A stretch of 64,000 bases of DNA, filler included, from Circinaria calcarea (Eukaryota): the NCBI GenBank assembly GCA_051942165.1. It is 40 parts of 40 records of this genome, joined end to end, with 100 filler letters (N's around TTAATTAATTAA, not from the genome) between each part and the next. Parts side by side here need not be neighbours in the genome. Positions count along the whole stretch, not along the records: positions 1 to 1,515 come from JAVECS010004601.1; positions 1,616 to 3,129 come from JAVECS010004602.1; positions 3,230 to 4,742 come from JAVECS010004603.1; positions 4,843 to 6,354 come from JAVECS010004604.1; positions 6,455 to 7,965 come from JAVECS010004605.1; positions 8,066 to 9,576 come from JAVECS010004606.1; positions 9,677 to 11,186 come from JAVECS010004607.1; positions 11,287 to 12,796 come from JAVECS010004608.1; 32 more parts are not named here. The stretch is one strand, 5' to 3'. Numbering within the stretch: position 1 is the stretch's first letter; the number at the start of each line of letters is the position of its first letter. The notes below the pieces were generated by a model. The model had not been told where the DNA came from. It did no database searches and saw only the letters and a program-made list of their open reading frames with translations. This document shows positions 1 through 13,720 of this stretch, one piece after another. A program made the translations under genes and the position numbers.

Positions 1-442
1 AATTAAAAATACTAAATAGACGGGGGTTGAAATCGAGGTGTATATATAACCTTGGCCATTGTAAAATCCCAAAACCTTCCCCCCCCCCTTTTTTTTTTAA
101 AAAAAAAAGAAAAAAATAGAAAAATAGAAAAAAAAAAACATTCCAATAAGATAGTTCCCACGTAAAGCGAGAATTTCAAGCCCAATACGTAACTAACTGC
201 CTTGTAAGCTTGCTCCTTCATATCGGAGATGTCGATACCCTCCTACCATAGCCTGCCCTGGCTTTGCGTTTGATGTTGTATGTCAGTTCTACTCCGGATA
301 TAATTCCGCTCGTTCACATTAGAATTTTTGTAAATGGACATTTTTTCTTTTGCGGAAAACATAAATCATTTATTTTGCTCTGGCCCGGTCTAGGTAAAAG
401 ATCAATCTAACGCTTCAAGGAACATTCTAACCAATCCGATTT

Positions 443-1515
443 CTAATTCGCCGGAACAATCTTGGACACAATCGTCTCGCACAGCGTCGAAAGGGACCGC
501 GCATTCGTAATCTCCAGCGTCGTCAGTTCCGCCCCCAATCCCGTCCGCGCCCAGTTTCGAAACTCGACAGCCGCTAACGAATCCATGCCATAGCTCGACA
601 GTGGCTTGGCCGGCTCGACAGGCTCCGTTAGGACTAGCGTCTTCATAAACTGCTGGTTGACCGCATCGATGACGGTGGCCAGAATCACCGACGCCTCGGC
701 CTGGCCTTTGATCAGCAGGGAAATGGTCTGGAGGATCGTGGAACTGTCTTGTCCGTCGCCGGCGGTCGAGGCACCGCCGCTGTTTCCGAAACACAGAGTG
801 GAGAAGCGCGCGTCGCGGAGGAGCTCTGCACCCATTGCTTGCGGTACCGGGATGCCGGTAATGAGTTGTGTGCTCGGCTTGGGTGTCAGCGTCAGCGGAC
901 GGGGCTGTTGTTGCATGATGGAGTAGCCTAAGATCCTGTGCAGGAGCGATTCGTTGATGCCGACGTTCCACAGGGTGTTATCGAGACGGGCTGCAAGATC
1001 TTCCCGCTCGGCAATGTAGCCGACATCCTCAATCACGCCGAGGTCCACGGTGCAGGCACATAAGCCCTGGGACTGTCGATAGATGGCGAAGGCATCGAGG
1101 AAGGCATTTGCTGAGGCGTAGTTCGCCTGGCCTTTTTGCCCGATGACTCCGGAGATACTGGACAGCATAGTGAAGAAGTCGAGAGGTGCCTTTTGCTCGG
1201 CGGCCGCTTGATGCAGGTTCCATGTACCCTGGACCTTGGCTCTACTCGCGTCGTGGAACTCTTCCACCGTCATAGATCCGAAAATTCTGTCCTGCAAGTC
1301 TGTTAGTCGCGTCGTTATATCCTGATTGACTCATGATGGGATCTTACTTTGAGGATCATGGCGCCCTGGATGAGACCAGCAATGGGCTTCCGAGCTGTTC
1401 TGAAAGCGTTTTGGACGTCTTCTAGACGGACGACATCTCCAACACAGAGATCGTACTGGCATCCAAGCGCATCCAGATTTCTTAACACGGATGAAGATTT
1501 CTCATCCGCGTAACC
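443..1515 (-). CDS. Highly reducing type I polyketide synthase, C-terminal KR + ACP domains (5'-truncated)
   Basis: KR motifs GAMILKD, KVQGTWNLH, FFTMLSSISG, GQANYASAN; ACP motif GMDSLAAVEFRNW; GT-AG intron 1292-1347 with CTAAC branch point. Confidence 0.95.
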
Positions 1516-1615
1516 NNNNNNNNNNNNNNNNNNNNNNNNNNNNNNNNNNNNNNNNNNNNTTAATTAATTAANNNNNNNNNNNNNNNNNNNNNNNNNNNNN
1601 NNNNNNNNNNNNNNN
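1516..1615. other. Artificial contig spacer N44-TTAATTAATTAA-N44 (first of 39, recurring about every 1.6 kb)
   Basis: Identical 100-bp pad between unrelated sequences; TTAATTAATTAA gives stops in all six frames; contig lengths fall steadily along the window. Confidence 0.99.
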
Positions 1616-3129
1616 GACGTACCATCACCGCCTGCATGGCTCTGTGGGAAATGAAATGCTTTTCCGACCATGCTCTTCTGTCCGAGCGCTCCGTCGCATA
1701 TGCTTGAACGGTTGTCAAAAGGGTCAGATGATCACCTTCTCGTCGATAAAGCGCTCTACGGGTGACTTCTGCTTCTTCCTTCGTTTCTTCCGAGGTCAAG
1801 TTGAGAAAGATGTTCTCCACACTCAAGCAGGAGATGATGTCGATAGCTTCAACCAAGCAATCCATTGCTGGCTCTGCTGCAGCCAGAAGCACTCTTCCAA
1901 GAGGGGCAGAGAGCGGGAGGGCTGCTATTCGTAAGCCGATGTTGCTGATGTCGCCCTTCTCCGTGAGTGCTCCTATTTGAAACAGATGCATCAAAGCTTT
2001 CTCCAGTGCCTCCCGAGGTGGACGATCTAGGAAAGGAAAGCTCATTACATCACCTACGCAACGAGCCTTCATTGTCAAAAGAGCTTGACTGAGATCGCAT
2101 CGCAGAATTTCCGGAGTATTAGATTCGGGCAGGGCTAAATAGTCTTCTTCTGTGTACAGCCTATAACAATGTCCTGGAGCTTCCCGTCCTGCACGTCCCT
2201 TCCTCTGGGTGGCCGCAGACTTTGAGATAGGCTTCACTAGTAGAGAATCGAGCCCTATGCGTGTTCGAAACTGTTTAGTCTTCGACTTTCCACTATCAAC
2301 CACAAATCGGACTCCAGAAACGGTGACTGAAGTTTCTGCAATGTTAGTTGCCAGAATAATCTTTCTGGTTTTGGGTGGAGCCGGCTGAAACACTCGCTGC
2401 TGCGCGGTCTGAGGTAATGCAGCAAAAAGGGGTAAAACGAGAAGTTTGGGTACGTCTGGACCTAGCCCAAGAGCGTACTCGTTTACAAGCTTTTCCAAGG
2501 ATTCCACCGTCTCCTGTCCGGTAAGGAAGACCAAAATGTCACCTGGTAAGGCCTCTTTGTAGTGTATCTGAAAGATTGTACGGAGCGCGGCATCGACATA
2601 ATCCTGGACGGGTTCTGATGAGTATATTGTTCTCACCGGGTATTGTCGACCTTCTATATAACACATAGATACAGGGGAAGATCCAACAATACTTTTACGA
2701 GCAACCGTGGATTGTTCCCCCGTGTCCGTAACAGGTAATGTAGCATAACTTGTGCTATTCTTCACCGTGACTGCGGATTTCTGTATCTTGCATGAAGCCT
2801 TCGCTGAGCGATCTCGATCATCGTCAGAAGAGTGGATCCCAGACCATTCTAATTCGTCCTCATCCGAAATTTGTGGATTGCTTGTGCCTGGCTTGCTACC
2901 GTAAACATTGGTTTCAAACCTTTTATTTAGACTCTTGCAAGGAGGCGTACCCACCTTCGAAGAACGTCAGGAGACCTTTCATATCAGCAGTGGCACTCAT
3001 GACAGCCACTTTTAGAGGAACGCCGCCTCTACCCTCTTTCTTCCCTGAAACCATGTTCTTCAAGAATCCCATCACCAAGTCGACATTGACGCCCCTTTCA
3101 TGCACCTCATCAACAACGACGGCACTGTA
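1616..3129 (-). CDS. DHR2: DEAH-box RNA helicase, DHR2/DHX33-like (internal fragment)
   Basis: DEVHER, MSATAD, ILVFLTGQE, LATNIAETSVT, QRKGRAGR, HA2 region; probable intron near 2896-2950 joins the two ORF frames. Confidence 0.8.
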
Positions 3130-3229
3130 NNNNNNNNNNNNNNNNNNNNNNNNNNNNNNNNNNNNNNNNNNNNTTAATTAATTAANNNNNNNNNNNNNNN
3201 NNNNNNNNNNNNNNNNNNNNNNNNNNNNN

Positions 3230-4742
3230 TCTAAACATAAGGGTTATGCTTAAGGTGCTCAGGTGGATCAGGCGGGTGAGCCGCCTAAGCCAATTAAATA
3301 AAATTTTTATATAAACAGACTGTTCTGCGCTCTTTAAAATAGCATGTTTATAGAACTGTTATGGCGCCAACACCATGACATGTACTAAGGCCCGGTTGGG
3401 GCTAGCCCCGGAAAGGAAGAACCTCTGAGCCGGTTGCTCAGAGTGCTCGGGGTGCTCGGGGGATGAGCACGGCGAGCAAGGTGAGTAGGTTGCTCAGTAT
3501 GCTCAGCGTGTTCAGTGATTGAGCAGCGGGAGCACGGTAAGCAAACTATTATATAAGCAGGCTGTTCCCGCTCTTTAGAATAGTATGCTTGTAGAACCAT
3601 AACGAGTTCAGTATACTCCTTTTATATTGAGCCTAGGGCAACAGTTTAACTACACCCTATATAACTATGCTATTATTAATCGGGATTTATCATATTCCTC
3701 AATAGGCCCCAGGTTTTACAGCGCCCTTACAAGAACCATAATAAGTTTAATATACTCCTTTTATATTAAGTCTAGGGCAATAATTTAATTACACCCTATA
3801 TAATCGTGCTAACACCGATCGAGATATAATCTTGTTGAGGATATAGGGTGCTCCGCTATGCTCCTAAGGTATAGGTAAAGACGCTGTCGAGAAGAGGTAG
3901 TGGGAGTCTGAATGATGAAAAATAGGGGGGTATATGGCACGAACTAACTGCTACAGTATAGTGCATATATAGGGGAGATATCGGACGGTATCAGTATTGC
4001 ATTTCTGACTGCTATTCTGCTATGCTATACCTTTAAAAGAATGTGTATGTGTCGAAGTCCTCCATGCCTGCCTGCCCATTCCATGTGCGCGCCCAGTCAC
4101 TAGTCGCCTTGGCTCCACCACAATAATATTAATTGCTTTTATTGTTTTATAGTAATTAATTATTAAAAGAGGGGGGGGAAATATATTGCGGCATTTAATC
4201 GGATGCGGCATAGCTTAGGGATCTCTGGTACCGGATGATCCGGATCCCTGGTGGAATTGCACGAAGAGGTAACTCCATGACAATCACTTCCTCTATAAAA
4301 GAGCAAACAGCCCCCTACTACCTTGGAGAGACCAAGCGACATCGACGCTCGTAATACAAATTATTGGCCCTACAGACCAAGACCTCCTCAAGTCTAAGAG
4401 ATATGAGACCAGGTTAGCTTTCACTAAGCGGGGCAGACCACTGACTTCCTTAGTAAAGCATCACCGCGCTGATAACCGTTGAGCAGTAGCCCGACGAGTA
4501 TCGCGGTAGGCGATTTCTCCTTCCGTTTAATACAATGAGTACTCGAAGTAGTGCCGCTATCAACATACTGGTCGTTGACAATCCTCGCTCCAGTCCAGCA
4601 CCATGCTGGACCTCCGTGAAATACAAGTATAGCAGCAGCCTATCCTCTTCCCCTCCCCCATCAGCCCACACCGGAAGTACGACACTACACAATAACGGTA
4701 CGGGAATCAAAAGTTTTAAACTTGCCAACGCTAGCGGAAGGA
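3230..4742. repeat. Degenerate, partly AT-rich repeat/TE relic with internal direct repeats (3593-3672 vs 3732-3811; about 3308-3357 vs 3549-3597)
   Basis: The 80-bp copies differ only by C/T and G/A transitions; no intact ORF. Confidence 0.6.
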
Positions 4743-4842
4743 NNNNNNNNNNNNNNNNNNNNNNNNNNNNNNNNNNNNNNNNNNNNTTAATTAATTAANN
4801 NNNNNNNNNNNNNNNNNNNNNNNNNNNNNNNNNNNNNNNNNN

Positions 4843-5806
4843 GATGTTGAGCAAGCCGGCGAGGATGCCAAAGCTTACATCCAAGGCAAAAGCGTGGGTA
4901 AGCCAGACCAGATCTCTCGAGCAGCCGCCCAAACAAATGCCGAAGTCAATCTGGAGATCCCAAAAGCCAGTTGGGGTGATTTCTTCCGACATTATTCTCA
5001 GTGGAGGTATGGAAAAGTTCTCCTTGGAACGGCCGGTTCATGGTTCTTCCTTGATGTTGCATTTTACGGTCTCGGTTTGAACCAAACCATCATCTTGTCT
5101 GGTATTGGATACTCAGGTGGTAATAACGTCTATGAGATTTTCTACAAAGCTGCCGTCGGAAACATCATCCTTGTCTGCGCTGGAGCAATTCCCGGTTATT
5201 GGGTGACAGTCGCTTTGGTCGACACTGTGGGCCGTAAGCCTATCCAACTCATGGGCTTCATCATTCTTACCATCCTCTTCATCATTATTGGATTTGCATT
5301 CGATAAACTCGGCCCGCGCGGGCTCCTCGCTCTCTACGTATTAGCCCAATTCTTCTTCAACTTTGTGAGTTCATCCGCCTCTATACCATTTCCAAACCAC
5401 CTTTGCTAACTCGCATTCAAAGGGCCCTAACGCAACTACTTTTATCGTGCCCGGTGAATGCTTCCCAACCCGCTACCGTTCCACCTCCCATGGTATCTCG
5501 GCCGCCTCCGGAAAAGTCGGCGCCATCATTGCCCAGGTTCTCATCGGACCCCTCCGCGTCCGCGGCGCCACCCCCACAAACGCCTCCCCGTGGCTCAACC
5601 ACGTCATGGAAATCTATGCGCTGTTCATGTTCTTGGGCATCTTTTTCACGTTCCTGATCCCCGAGACGAAGAGGAAGACGCTCGAGGAGTTGGCGGGTGA
5701 GGTCCCAGGAACACCGAATTACGATCCGGCTACCGGTGGGCATATGGGGCGGGAGCAGAAACACGACGTGTATGAGAGTCGAGGAGGTAGCGATGAGAAG
5801 GTTTAA
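4843..5806 (+). CDS. PHO84: MFS inorganic phosphate:H+ symporter (3' part)
   Basis: GSWFFLDVAFYGLGLN, GRKPIQLMGF, FFFNF|GPNATTFIVPGECFPTRYRSTSHGISAASGK, PETKRKTLEEL; intron 5365-5422. Confidence 0.93.
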
Positions 5807-6453
5807 TCAGGAGTGTAAGGGGGATACTCCTTTGGTGTTTGCAATCCGGAGTTGATAGAATTGTCTAGGCAAGGGCCTGCCTTTAGCTACGAGCGTCTTC
5901 GAGTTTTTCTAACCGATACCATTCGTTCTTAATTAACGAGCAAATCCACTAAAGTGCCCCGCCCTTGTCAGAATAACATGTAATTCACTTGGCCAAACCA
6001 TTAAAATTTCCCCCTTGGGTTTTTGTCAAGTCAACCAAGCGGGATCTAGGTATGTGTACCTGTACCATTGACAAAAGCACCTCACACTTTAAAACCCCCC
6101 CCCCCCCCTTTTTTTTTTTCCCCGTACCATAAGCCTTATACATCCTTTTGCCAGAAAAGCGAGGGAGGGAAGAGGGAGGGGGGGGGATGGTAAACCACTG
6201 AACTGGGCCAACCAAGCGGGAAAAGAAGAAAAAAAAGGCAGCGCCATTAGGAATTTTTTTTCGAACCTAATCTTATTGATTATATAAACCCCCCTTCGTC
6301 CTTCGTACTACGTCCCATTCATAATTAATTGCCGTGCAAAGGGCGGCTTTTTTCNNNNNNNNNNNNNNNNNNNNNNNNNNNNNNNNNNNNNNNNNNNNTT
6401 AATTAATTAANNNNNNNNNNNNNNNNNNNNNNNNNNNNNNNNNNNNNNNNNNN

Positions 6454-7444
6454 NGCTCAGAAAGCCGTCATGATTGTGACCGCCGACCCCCTAGGGGACT
6501 TCAATGCCACCTCTCAGATTCTTCGCTACTCAGCATTGGCACGTGAAGTCACCGTACCACGTATCCCATCCGTTACCAGTACCATATTTTCGGGAGTGAA
6601 CATCAATCAGGGATGTAGTAAATCTCAACCAGCAAGTAGCGGCCGTAATACTCCATATGACAACACCGCAGAACTTGAAGCTGCGACCTTCGAGGCTGAA
6701 AAGCTAAGCGAAGAAGTCGCAATTCTAGCCATGCGCCTTGCAGATGAGCAAGAACGAAGGAGAGAAGCCGAAGAAGCATGGCAGCGAGCGGAAGAGAAGG
6801 CGGAAGAAATTGAACGAGAGATTCGAGAAGAGTGCTGGAATGAAATGGAGAGACGGATAGAAGACGAGAGGAGACGGTGGAAAGGGGCATGGGGAGAGGA
6901 GGTTAGCAAAACAATTTGCTTTTTCGAGTCGAGTAAGGTGACTAATCCAACCCTGTAGGCCGACCGCAACGACGAGCATCTAGACCGAAAGCTCGAGCTT
7001 CTCTCCCGAGGTATCCAGAGTAAGCCCCTCCGTGAACACTCCTTGAACGTAATCCAATTCACTAACTCCCCTTCCCCTACAGTCCACGAAGACACCTCTG
7101 AAGCCCAACCCGCCGCCACCACCCGCATCGCAGAACTAGAAGACGAAAACGCAATCCTCCACCGCAAAGTCGCAGCCTTGGAACACGAGATGCAATGTCG
7201 CTCTCCCACCAAGACCCGTCGGCCCAAATCCTCCCAACCCAAGATCCTCGAAGCCGCCGCCGAGCTGCCGGGAGAGTCCACGTTGCAGAATGACTTTGTC
7301 CAACAGCTCCGAGAAGTCGATCTTAATGAAACGATGGAGCGGATGGAGAAGGCGATGGCGCCGGCGAAGACGCCGAGGAAGGTTCGGAAGTTGACGGCGA
7401 AGAGGATGGGGTATGCGGCGGAGGAGGAGGGGTGGAGTAGTTGA
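6454..7444 (+). CDS. Kinesin-6-like motor protein, end of motor domain + coiled-coil tail
   Basis: KAVMIVTADPLGDFNATSQILRYSALAREV followed by coiled coil; introns 6902-6958 and 7020-7082. Confidence 0.82.
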
Positions 7445-8065
7445 TGGGCAAGTTGGCCGCAGGCGTGGGTTTGGACGTTTGGGGATTCGATGGATGGAGG
7501 CGTATGCGTTGCATTGCTTGGTGTAAGGGATGAGAAGGGGGGGTTGGCCTGTAGCAGATTTCACGATGCCCCATTGATTTATGTAGCTTTGATACAGCAC
7601 TACAAAACTCGTTTGACATGGAAAAAAAAAAAAAATTCCCCCTGAACTGATTAAATCAGATCAAATCGAACCTTGATGAACTTCTCTCTCTCTCTCTCCT
7701 CTACCGCGTGAAAGCACACACCAAAAAAAAAAAAAAAAGTCAGTAGAGGGAAGGGAGAGAGAGGATTGGGGGAATTTGAGGCCCACCAACCAATCGCTCC
7801 TCCCCACTCTTTTACTTAAACCCCCACCCCTTCATTCCCTCGTTTCCCCGTTTCCCGTATTTTTTTCCCCGTAATTTTTACCAAGAATGATGATTTCTTT
7901 CCCAACGCCCCGCTTTTTCCGTTTTCCGTTTTCCGTTCTAGGGGCGGGTTGGGGGGGGGCGGGTTNNNNNNNNNNNNNNNNNNNNNNNNNNNNNNNNNNN
8001 NNNNNNNNNTTAATTAATTAANNNNNNNNNNNNNNNNNNNNNNNNNNNNNNNNNNNNNNNNNNNN

Positions 8066-8908
8066 CCCTCAGCACCCTAATCAGCCACACCATCCCTTCC
8101 TGCCTCCTTCCCTCCTCCTCCCCCCAACAAACCCCACCGACATTCTCCCCGCACATCACGCTCGCGTCCGGGATCCCCGCCTCCAAGTTCGCCACCGAGG
8201 AAGCGGCGAAAAAATGGCTCGCCGGGTTGGCAATGCCCGAGCCAGGAGCGGAGACCACGGTGAGAGTGCGGTTCGAGAAAATGGAGGTGGGGAGGGAATC
8301 TTTCAAAAAGGTGACGTTGCGGGTTTCGAAAGAGGAAGAGGAAGAGGAGGAGGGCAAGAAGGGAAAGAAGGGGTCAGAAGGGTTAAGGAAGTTGGCAATG
8401 GTGGGCAGGAAGGAGGGCGTCGAGGGCGGGGACGAGGAAAAGGCAGTCGAGTGGGTGAGGCAGGAGTGGGCGCCGCATTGTAGTTTGTTATAGTGAGTCC
8501 CGCCCCGGTGGGGGGAATGGGAGCGGATTTTCTTTTTCTTTTCTCTCTCCCTCGTTTCGGTCTCCCGTGGTAAAAAAAAAAAAAAGGGGCGTCCGAGTCG
8601 GGCATCCAGGCGGGGATCACCAGAAAGGCCAACTCAAAAGTGTTTTGGGGGGGGGTTTGTTCTTTGACAAAACAAGGAGATGCGAGGCTAAAAAACCCGG
8701 TGATTGGAATCCTAGCTCGGACCTCGAAATCGGCTCGGCCACGGCGGCGAAAATGGAACAGGCGGTGCGGGACGCAGGCATCGAGTTTGTAGCCGACGGC
8801 GAAGAAAGCGGGAGAGGGATGAACGGATGGGATGGAGGGAGGGTGTGGCTGGTGGATACCCAAAAGGGGATCGAGGAGTGGAAGCCGATTGCGGAGAGGG
8901 TGCTCTGA
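8066..8908 (+). CDS. 2',3'-cyclic nucleotide phosphodiesterase (2H phosphoesterase, CPD1-like), 5'-truncated
   Basis: Two HxT/S motifs, FSPHITL and WAPHCSLLY; intron 8493-8715 (GTGAGT...TAG); C-terminal VWLVDT..IEEWKPIAER. Confidence 0.82.
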
Positions 8909-11286
8909 AGACCCCGTGGTGCATGAAAAGGGGAAAGGGGGAATGGAGAAAGGGAGGGGGTGGGGTTATGATCCGTCGATCACATCTAAACATTGTCTGT
9001 ATCATACGACTATCTCACACAGCAAGAAGGACAGATTTATCAAATTTCTTCGTTGTTGAGCTTGGCGTGCTATCGTAAATTGTTTTACAAAGCCAATGCA
9101 GGCAAAATTGTGGCTCTTTTCAACACTCAGCGTGAGCACGAGTATGTTTTAGTGCAGCAGTTATTTCCCAACTTTCCCTCTGTTGGTACAGCGGCTCCTC
9201 TTAATACGTCTTCGCTGAGGTGCACTGTACATCCAACCTTCGGTCCCGACCCTTACCACACAGCAAGATTAGGATCACATAATTCACGCCTGCCGCCCAA
9301 TGCCAACCGAGATATGAACGTATCGAAAGACCGAGGTTTACAGTCCTGATCGCATAAAGGATATCATGCTCAAAGATGCAGCGGAAAATTGTTTCAGAGG
9401 AAGTCTGGAATTTAGGACAGTCGACTAGTTGGGGTAGTTCAAGGGACAAACAGAACGGGGAGGCTCCGGCCCGTATAGCTTTCTGGTCGAGATCCTCACG
9501 GATCAGGCGCTTTCTTAGCATACAAGTAAGCATCTGGAACCTTGGGTACATCTGGACTGTCAGGCGATTGACCCTTNNNNNNNNNNNNNNNNNNNNNNNN
9601 NNNNNNNNNNNNNNNNNNNNTTAATTAATTAANNNNNNNNNNNNNNNNNNNNNNNNNNNNNNNNNNNNNNNNNNNNGACGGGGATGAGAGAGGCGATGAG
9701 AGGAAGAGGAAGAGGCAGGCGTTAGACGAGGTGTATAGAGAGTTGACTAGGCAGAAGATTACATTTATTTGAACCATGCGTGCATGCATCCTCTTGTTGC
9801 CTTGAGTGAAATTTGTAGTGCTACAGCACCTAGGATTTTACAATGCTTTCTTTCAGCTGATCCGTCATACGTAGGTGTAAGGTAATATCAAGGGGAGCCG
9901 ACCGTGTAGAAATGCATGATGAGACTTGCCACAACATTTAGCATCTGAGGTATCTGAACCGGTCAAAGCGGCGGGGAGAAAAGAGCATCCATTCACCTGT
10001 ACCCCTCAACGCATTCTCACAACAAATCGTGTAGTAGCAGGCGACCATAGCCCGCGTAGACATACGTCCTCGAGCAACGGGGTAGGTTGTTGCAAAGGAG
10101 GGATCCATCCCCATTAAACCCTCCCTTCCCTCAGCACAAGAAACCAAATACATAGACATGGCATCTCACACAAAGTAGCCAAGATGCATATTCCAGAAAA
10201 ACAGTGATGGAAACCAAAAACGCTTACATAAATTTGTAAAACCATACTGCACGCAGCAACCCCATCTGCATTTGTAGGTCGCGGTTTTGGTATTTGCTGT
10301 CGTGCAAGAAGGGCAAACATTATACCCCTATTTATTCCCTCCCTCCCTAAATTTTCCCCACGGAGGAATACTTCAACTATATATCCCGTTATAGGACCTC
10401 CCAATTTCAAGCGGAGTTTAAATCCTTCTTGGATATTAGCTTGGGTAGCTTGGGCTTTGGATAGCTGCAGTTTGGAATATTTCCTCTTCTTGGAATAAAA
10501 ACCTTCCATCTCCGTGAAATTATTTGGAAACCACCTTTCCCCTTGGGAAATTTCTTTTTGCGGGGAAGGTTGAGTGTTCGATTCGCCGTGGTTGAGGATG
10601 GGCGGGCGTGTGATGGAGAATTTTTTTTTGGGAGGAGGGCTTCTAGGGATTGGGCATGGGGGTTGGGAAGGATGTGGTGGGCAAATTGGGCATGGTGATG
10701 GAGATGGAGTGGGTAGCTATTATTTTGGTAGACCGAATCGTGGTTGTACGTATGAGAACAAAGTCCAGCTGCTGACTATCGCCCTCGGGAACGAAGGGTG
10801 GTCGAGTATAAGTCTTATTATAGGAGCCACTCCTCCCAGCGGCTTTAGCTTTGTGGCTCATGTTTGGATACGCAAAGGGGAATTAGACCACCCTCCGCAA
10901 TTTTGGTTTTGCTTCGTCGGCTGATTTCGTATCCCTTTTTGCCATTTGGTACTGAGTGATGGCGGGTTCGATTCAGCTGATGGGCGAATGGATGTGGGAG
11001 GTGGGAGGTGATCAGGGATTTCCTTTTGGCTAATATGATGATATAGCAAGCTACCAATCGTCCGTTGATGGCACTCATGATCATTGATAACGTGAATAAC
11101 ACCATGGTGGATGAATTATCGTAATGTGTCGGTGTTCTCGCGTAGTCCACCCAGGCGTAAGCCCCTTTTCAGGGTTAAATGTTATANNNNNNNNNNNNNN
11201 NNNNNNNNNNNNNNNNNNNNNNNNNNNNNNTTAATTAATTAANNNNNNNNNNNNNNNNNNNNNNNNNNNNNNNNNNNNNNNNNNNN

Positions 11287-12796
11287 CATGGCCGGAGATC
11301 ATGACAGAAGCCTGTACGGCGTTGGGTGATGTAGCGGCTTATGTGACATGGGACGAAGACCCAGACATATGGCCAAGGATCGAAGGCACAAAGCGGCAAG
11401 GACTTACTCACGTCACAAGTAGGAGACGGGGTGAAGAAATCCAGGAGGACTCTGCCGAGGCTTTCAAAGTCGCAGCCGACCATGACTTAGCAGCAAACTA
11501 CACACACCGACAGCTGTTCGTCACCATTGCCAGTCAGTATGTCGATGCAATCTTGATCGCCAGGCAAAATGGAGATCATGACCAGAACTTGATTGCCACC
11601 TTTTCAGCTGCAATGAACATTATTCGTGAAATAGGCCACGTTATCTTCTTGCAAGATCTACGTCAGCCGTTTGAACACTATTGGGTTAACCAGAACCTCG
11701 AGTCCGAGCCCGGAAACTCCTTCATAGCCTGGTTTTTTAATGGATGGTACCCACAAGATTCTTATATTGACAACGAAGCAGAACATCTTGCTTTGAGATG
11801 TGGCATGCATTGGTGCAAGCAGCACGCCGCCGACGAGAAAACCAACTGGATGGCCCCTAGACATCCTAGCGGCCTGATATACTACTCAATACCGTTAGAA
11901 CACATGTCACGAATGCTATCAGATGACGCCTGGTCCAGATTTAGAGACCTTCAGGGGCAGTCTGAAGAGGTCAGACGAACATTACTTTACCCAAAAACCC
12001 CTTTCAGAATAGGACGACATGCTAGATGCGGTAAGCAAATAAGAATGGACCTGTGGGATTTGCGGACAGAAAACACTGGGCAGAAGTACAGAAGTTATAT
12101 CAAGCAAACCGCCGAGGACTATGTACCATACTTTGACGAAGACTGGGACGATACGCCGATAGGCGGTAAGTTAATTGTTCAAGACGTAGAATCGAGCTGA
12201 TTTATGCCTGTCACAGAGTCACCCACGCCCCCTGGTTCATCCACCGAAAATAGGAAGAGACCTGCCCCTGACAAAAGGAAGAGACCTGCCCCTGACGAAA
12301 GGAAGAGACCTACCCCTGACGAAAGGAAGAGACCTGCCCCTGACGAAGATGATGATTCCAGTGATTCCGATAACGATAATAGCGGTCATGAACCTAAGCA
12401 TCCCAGGAAAAAACGACGGCTTGAGACACAAACATATACGGAGCCTCTGGGCGAAGACGAACAAGCCGCCCAAGCTGAACACGATTGGCTTTTCGAACAA
12501 CAATTGCTATCCCTTACAACGAATGAAGGCAATAGCATCTCAAGGAGAATTCCACGGCAACGAGACAAAATCGCTAGGAGAGTCAATATCGGTCTCGACT
12601 ATATCGATAAAACAATACTGGAAATGCATCAAGGGGCCATGGAGATTCGTGAAAACGGAAGCTCGGATCAGCAAAAGCTTGATGCTGTGGCGGACCTTGC
12701 CAGAGAAGCCGGCATGAAATTTCCACAGGTTGAAAGAGCTGCACGGCGGCCTATCAAAGCTGCGCGGTCGAAGAACCAGGCGGAGGCCCAGGACTT
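11287..12796 (+). CDS. Hypothetical protein with degenerate zincin-like motif and 4x RKRPAPDE repeat (both ends truncated)
   Basis: ORFs 11301-12200 and 12204+ are in frame and joined by a 51-nt intron 12166-12216 (GTAAGT...GCTGAT...CAG) that contains the stop codon. Confidence 0.7.
12252..12347 (+). repeat. Coding tandem repeat, 4 x 24 bp (AGGAAGAGACCTGCCCCTGACGAA)
   Basis: Directly visible; encodes RKRP(A/T)PD(E/K). Confidence 0.95.
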
Positions 12797-12897
12797 NNNN
12801 NNNNNNNNNNNNNNNNNNNNNNNNNNNNNNNNNNNNNNNNTTAATTAATTAANNNNNNNNNNNNNNNNNNNNNNNNNNNNNNNNNNNNNNNNNNNNA

Positions 12898-13276
<379 letters not shown>

Positions 13277-13720
13277 TCTATTGTACTAACAGAAGTATGA
13301 CAACCAAACAGGGTGTGACTGATCGAGGTTCTTTTTGTGATTGTGATTCTAGGACCATCTCATACGCCTCCGGACAAGGCCGAAAAGGAATTCCTCAATA
13401 GACAGGAAGCAGTGAGCAGAGCGAGCGTATTGAGTCATTCTGTTCTCGGCTTACAGATTTAAAATTGCTAGTGGTGCTGGAAGCTGCCGCGTTGCTGTGA
13501 GACGGTGAACGCCAGGCTTTTATTCGTATGGAGGAGCCATGTCGTGTTTTCGCAGCCCTCGTATCTGATAACGGCACCCCAGATACTCCGTACCTGTCTT
13601 TAGATTAAGCATATTCTAACATCATCGGCTCCAGGTTTGCCCGATCCATCTCTAGAAATTCTTCTTCCGAACGAGCTCCGATATGCAAAACCCACTATTA
13701 CTCGCAGGCCAAATGTCAAT

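Noticed and set aside
9201..11186. Possible coding fragments at 9201-9576 and 10720-11170 (minus strand)
   Set aside because: No recognisable motif or consistent splice model could be supported.
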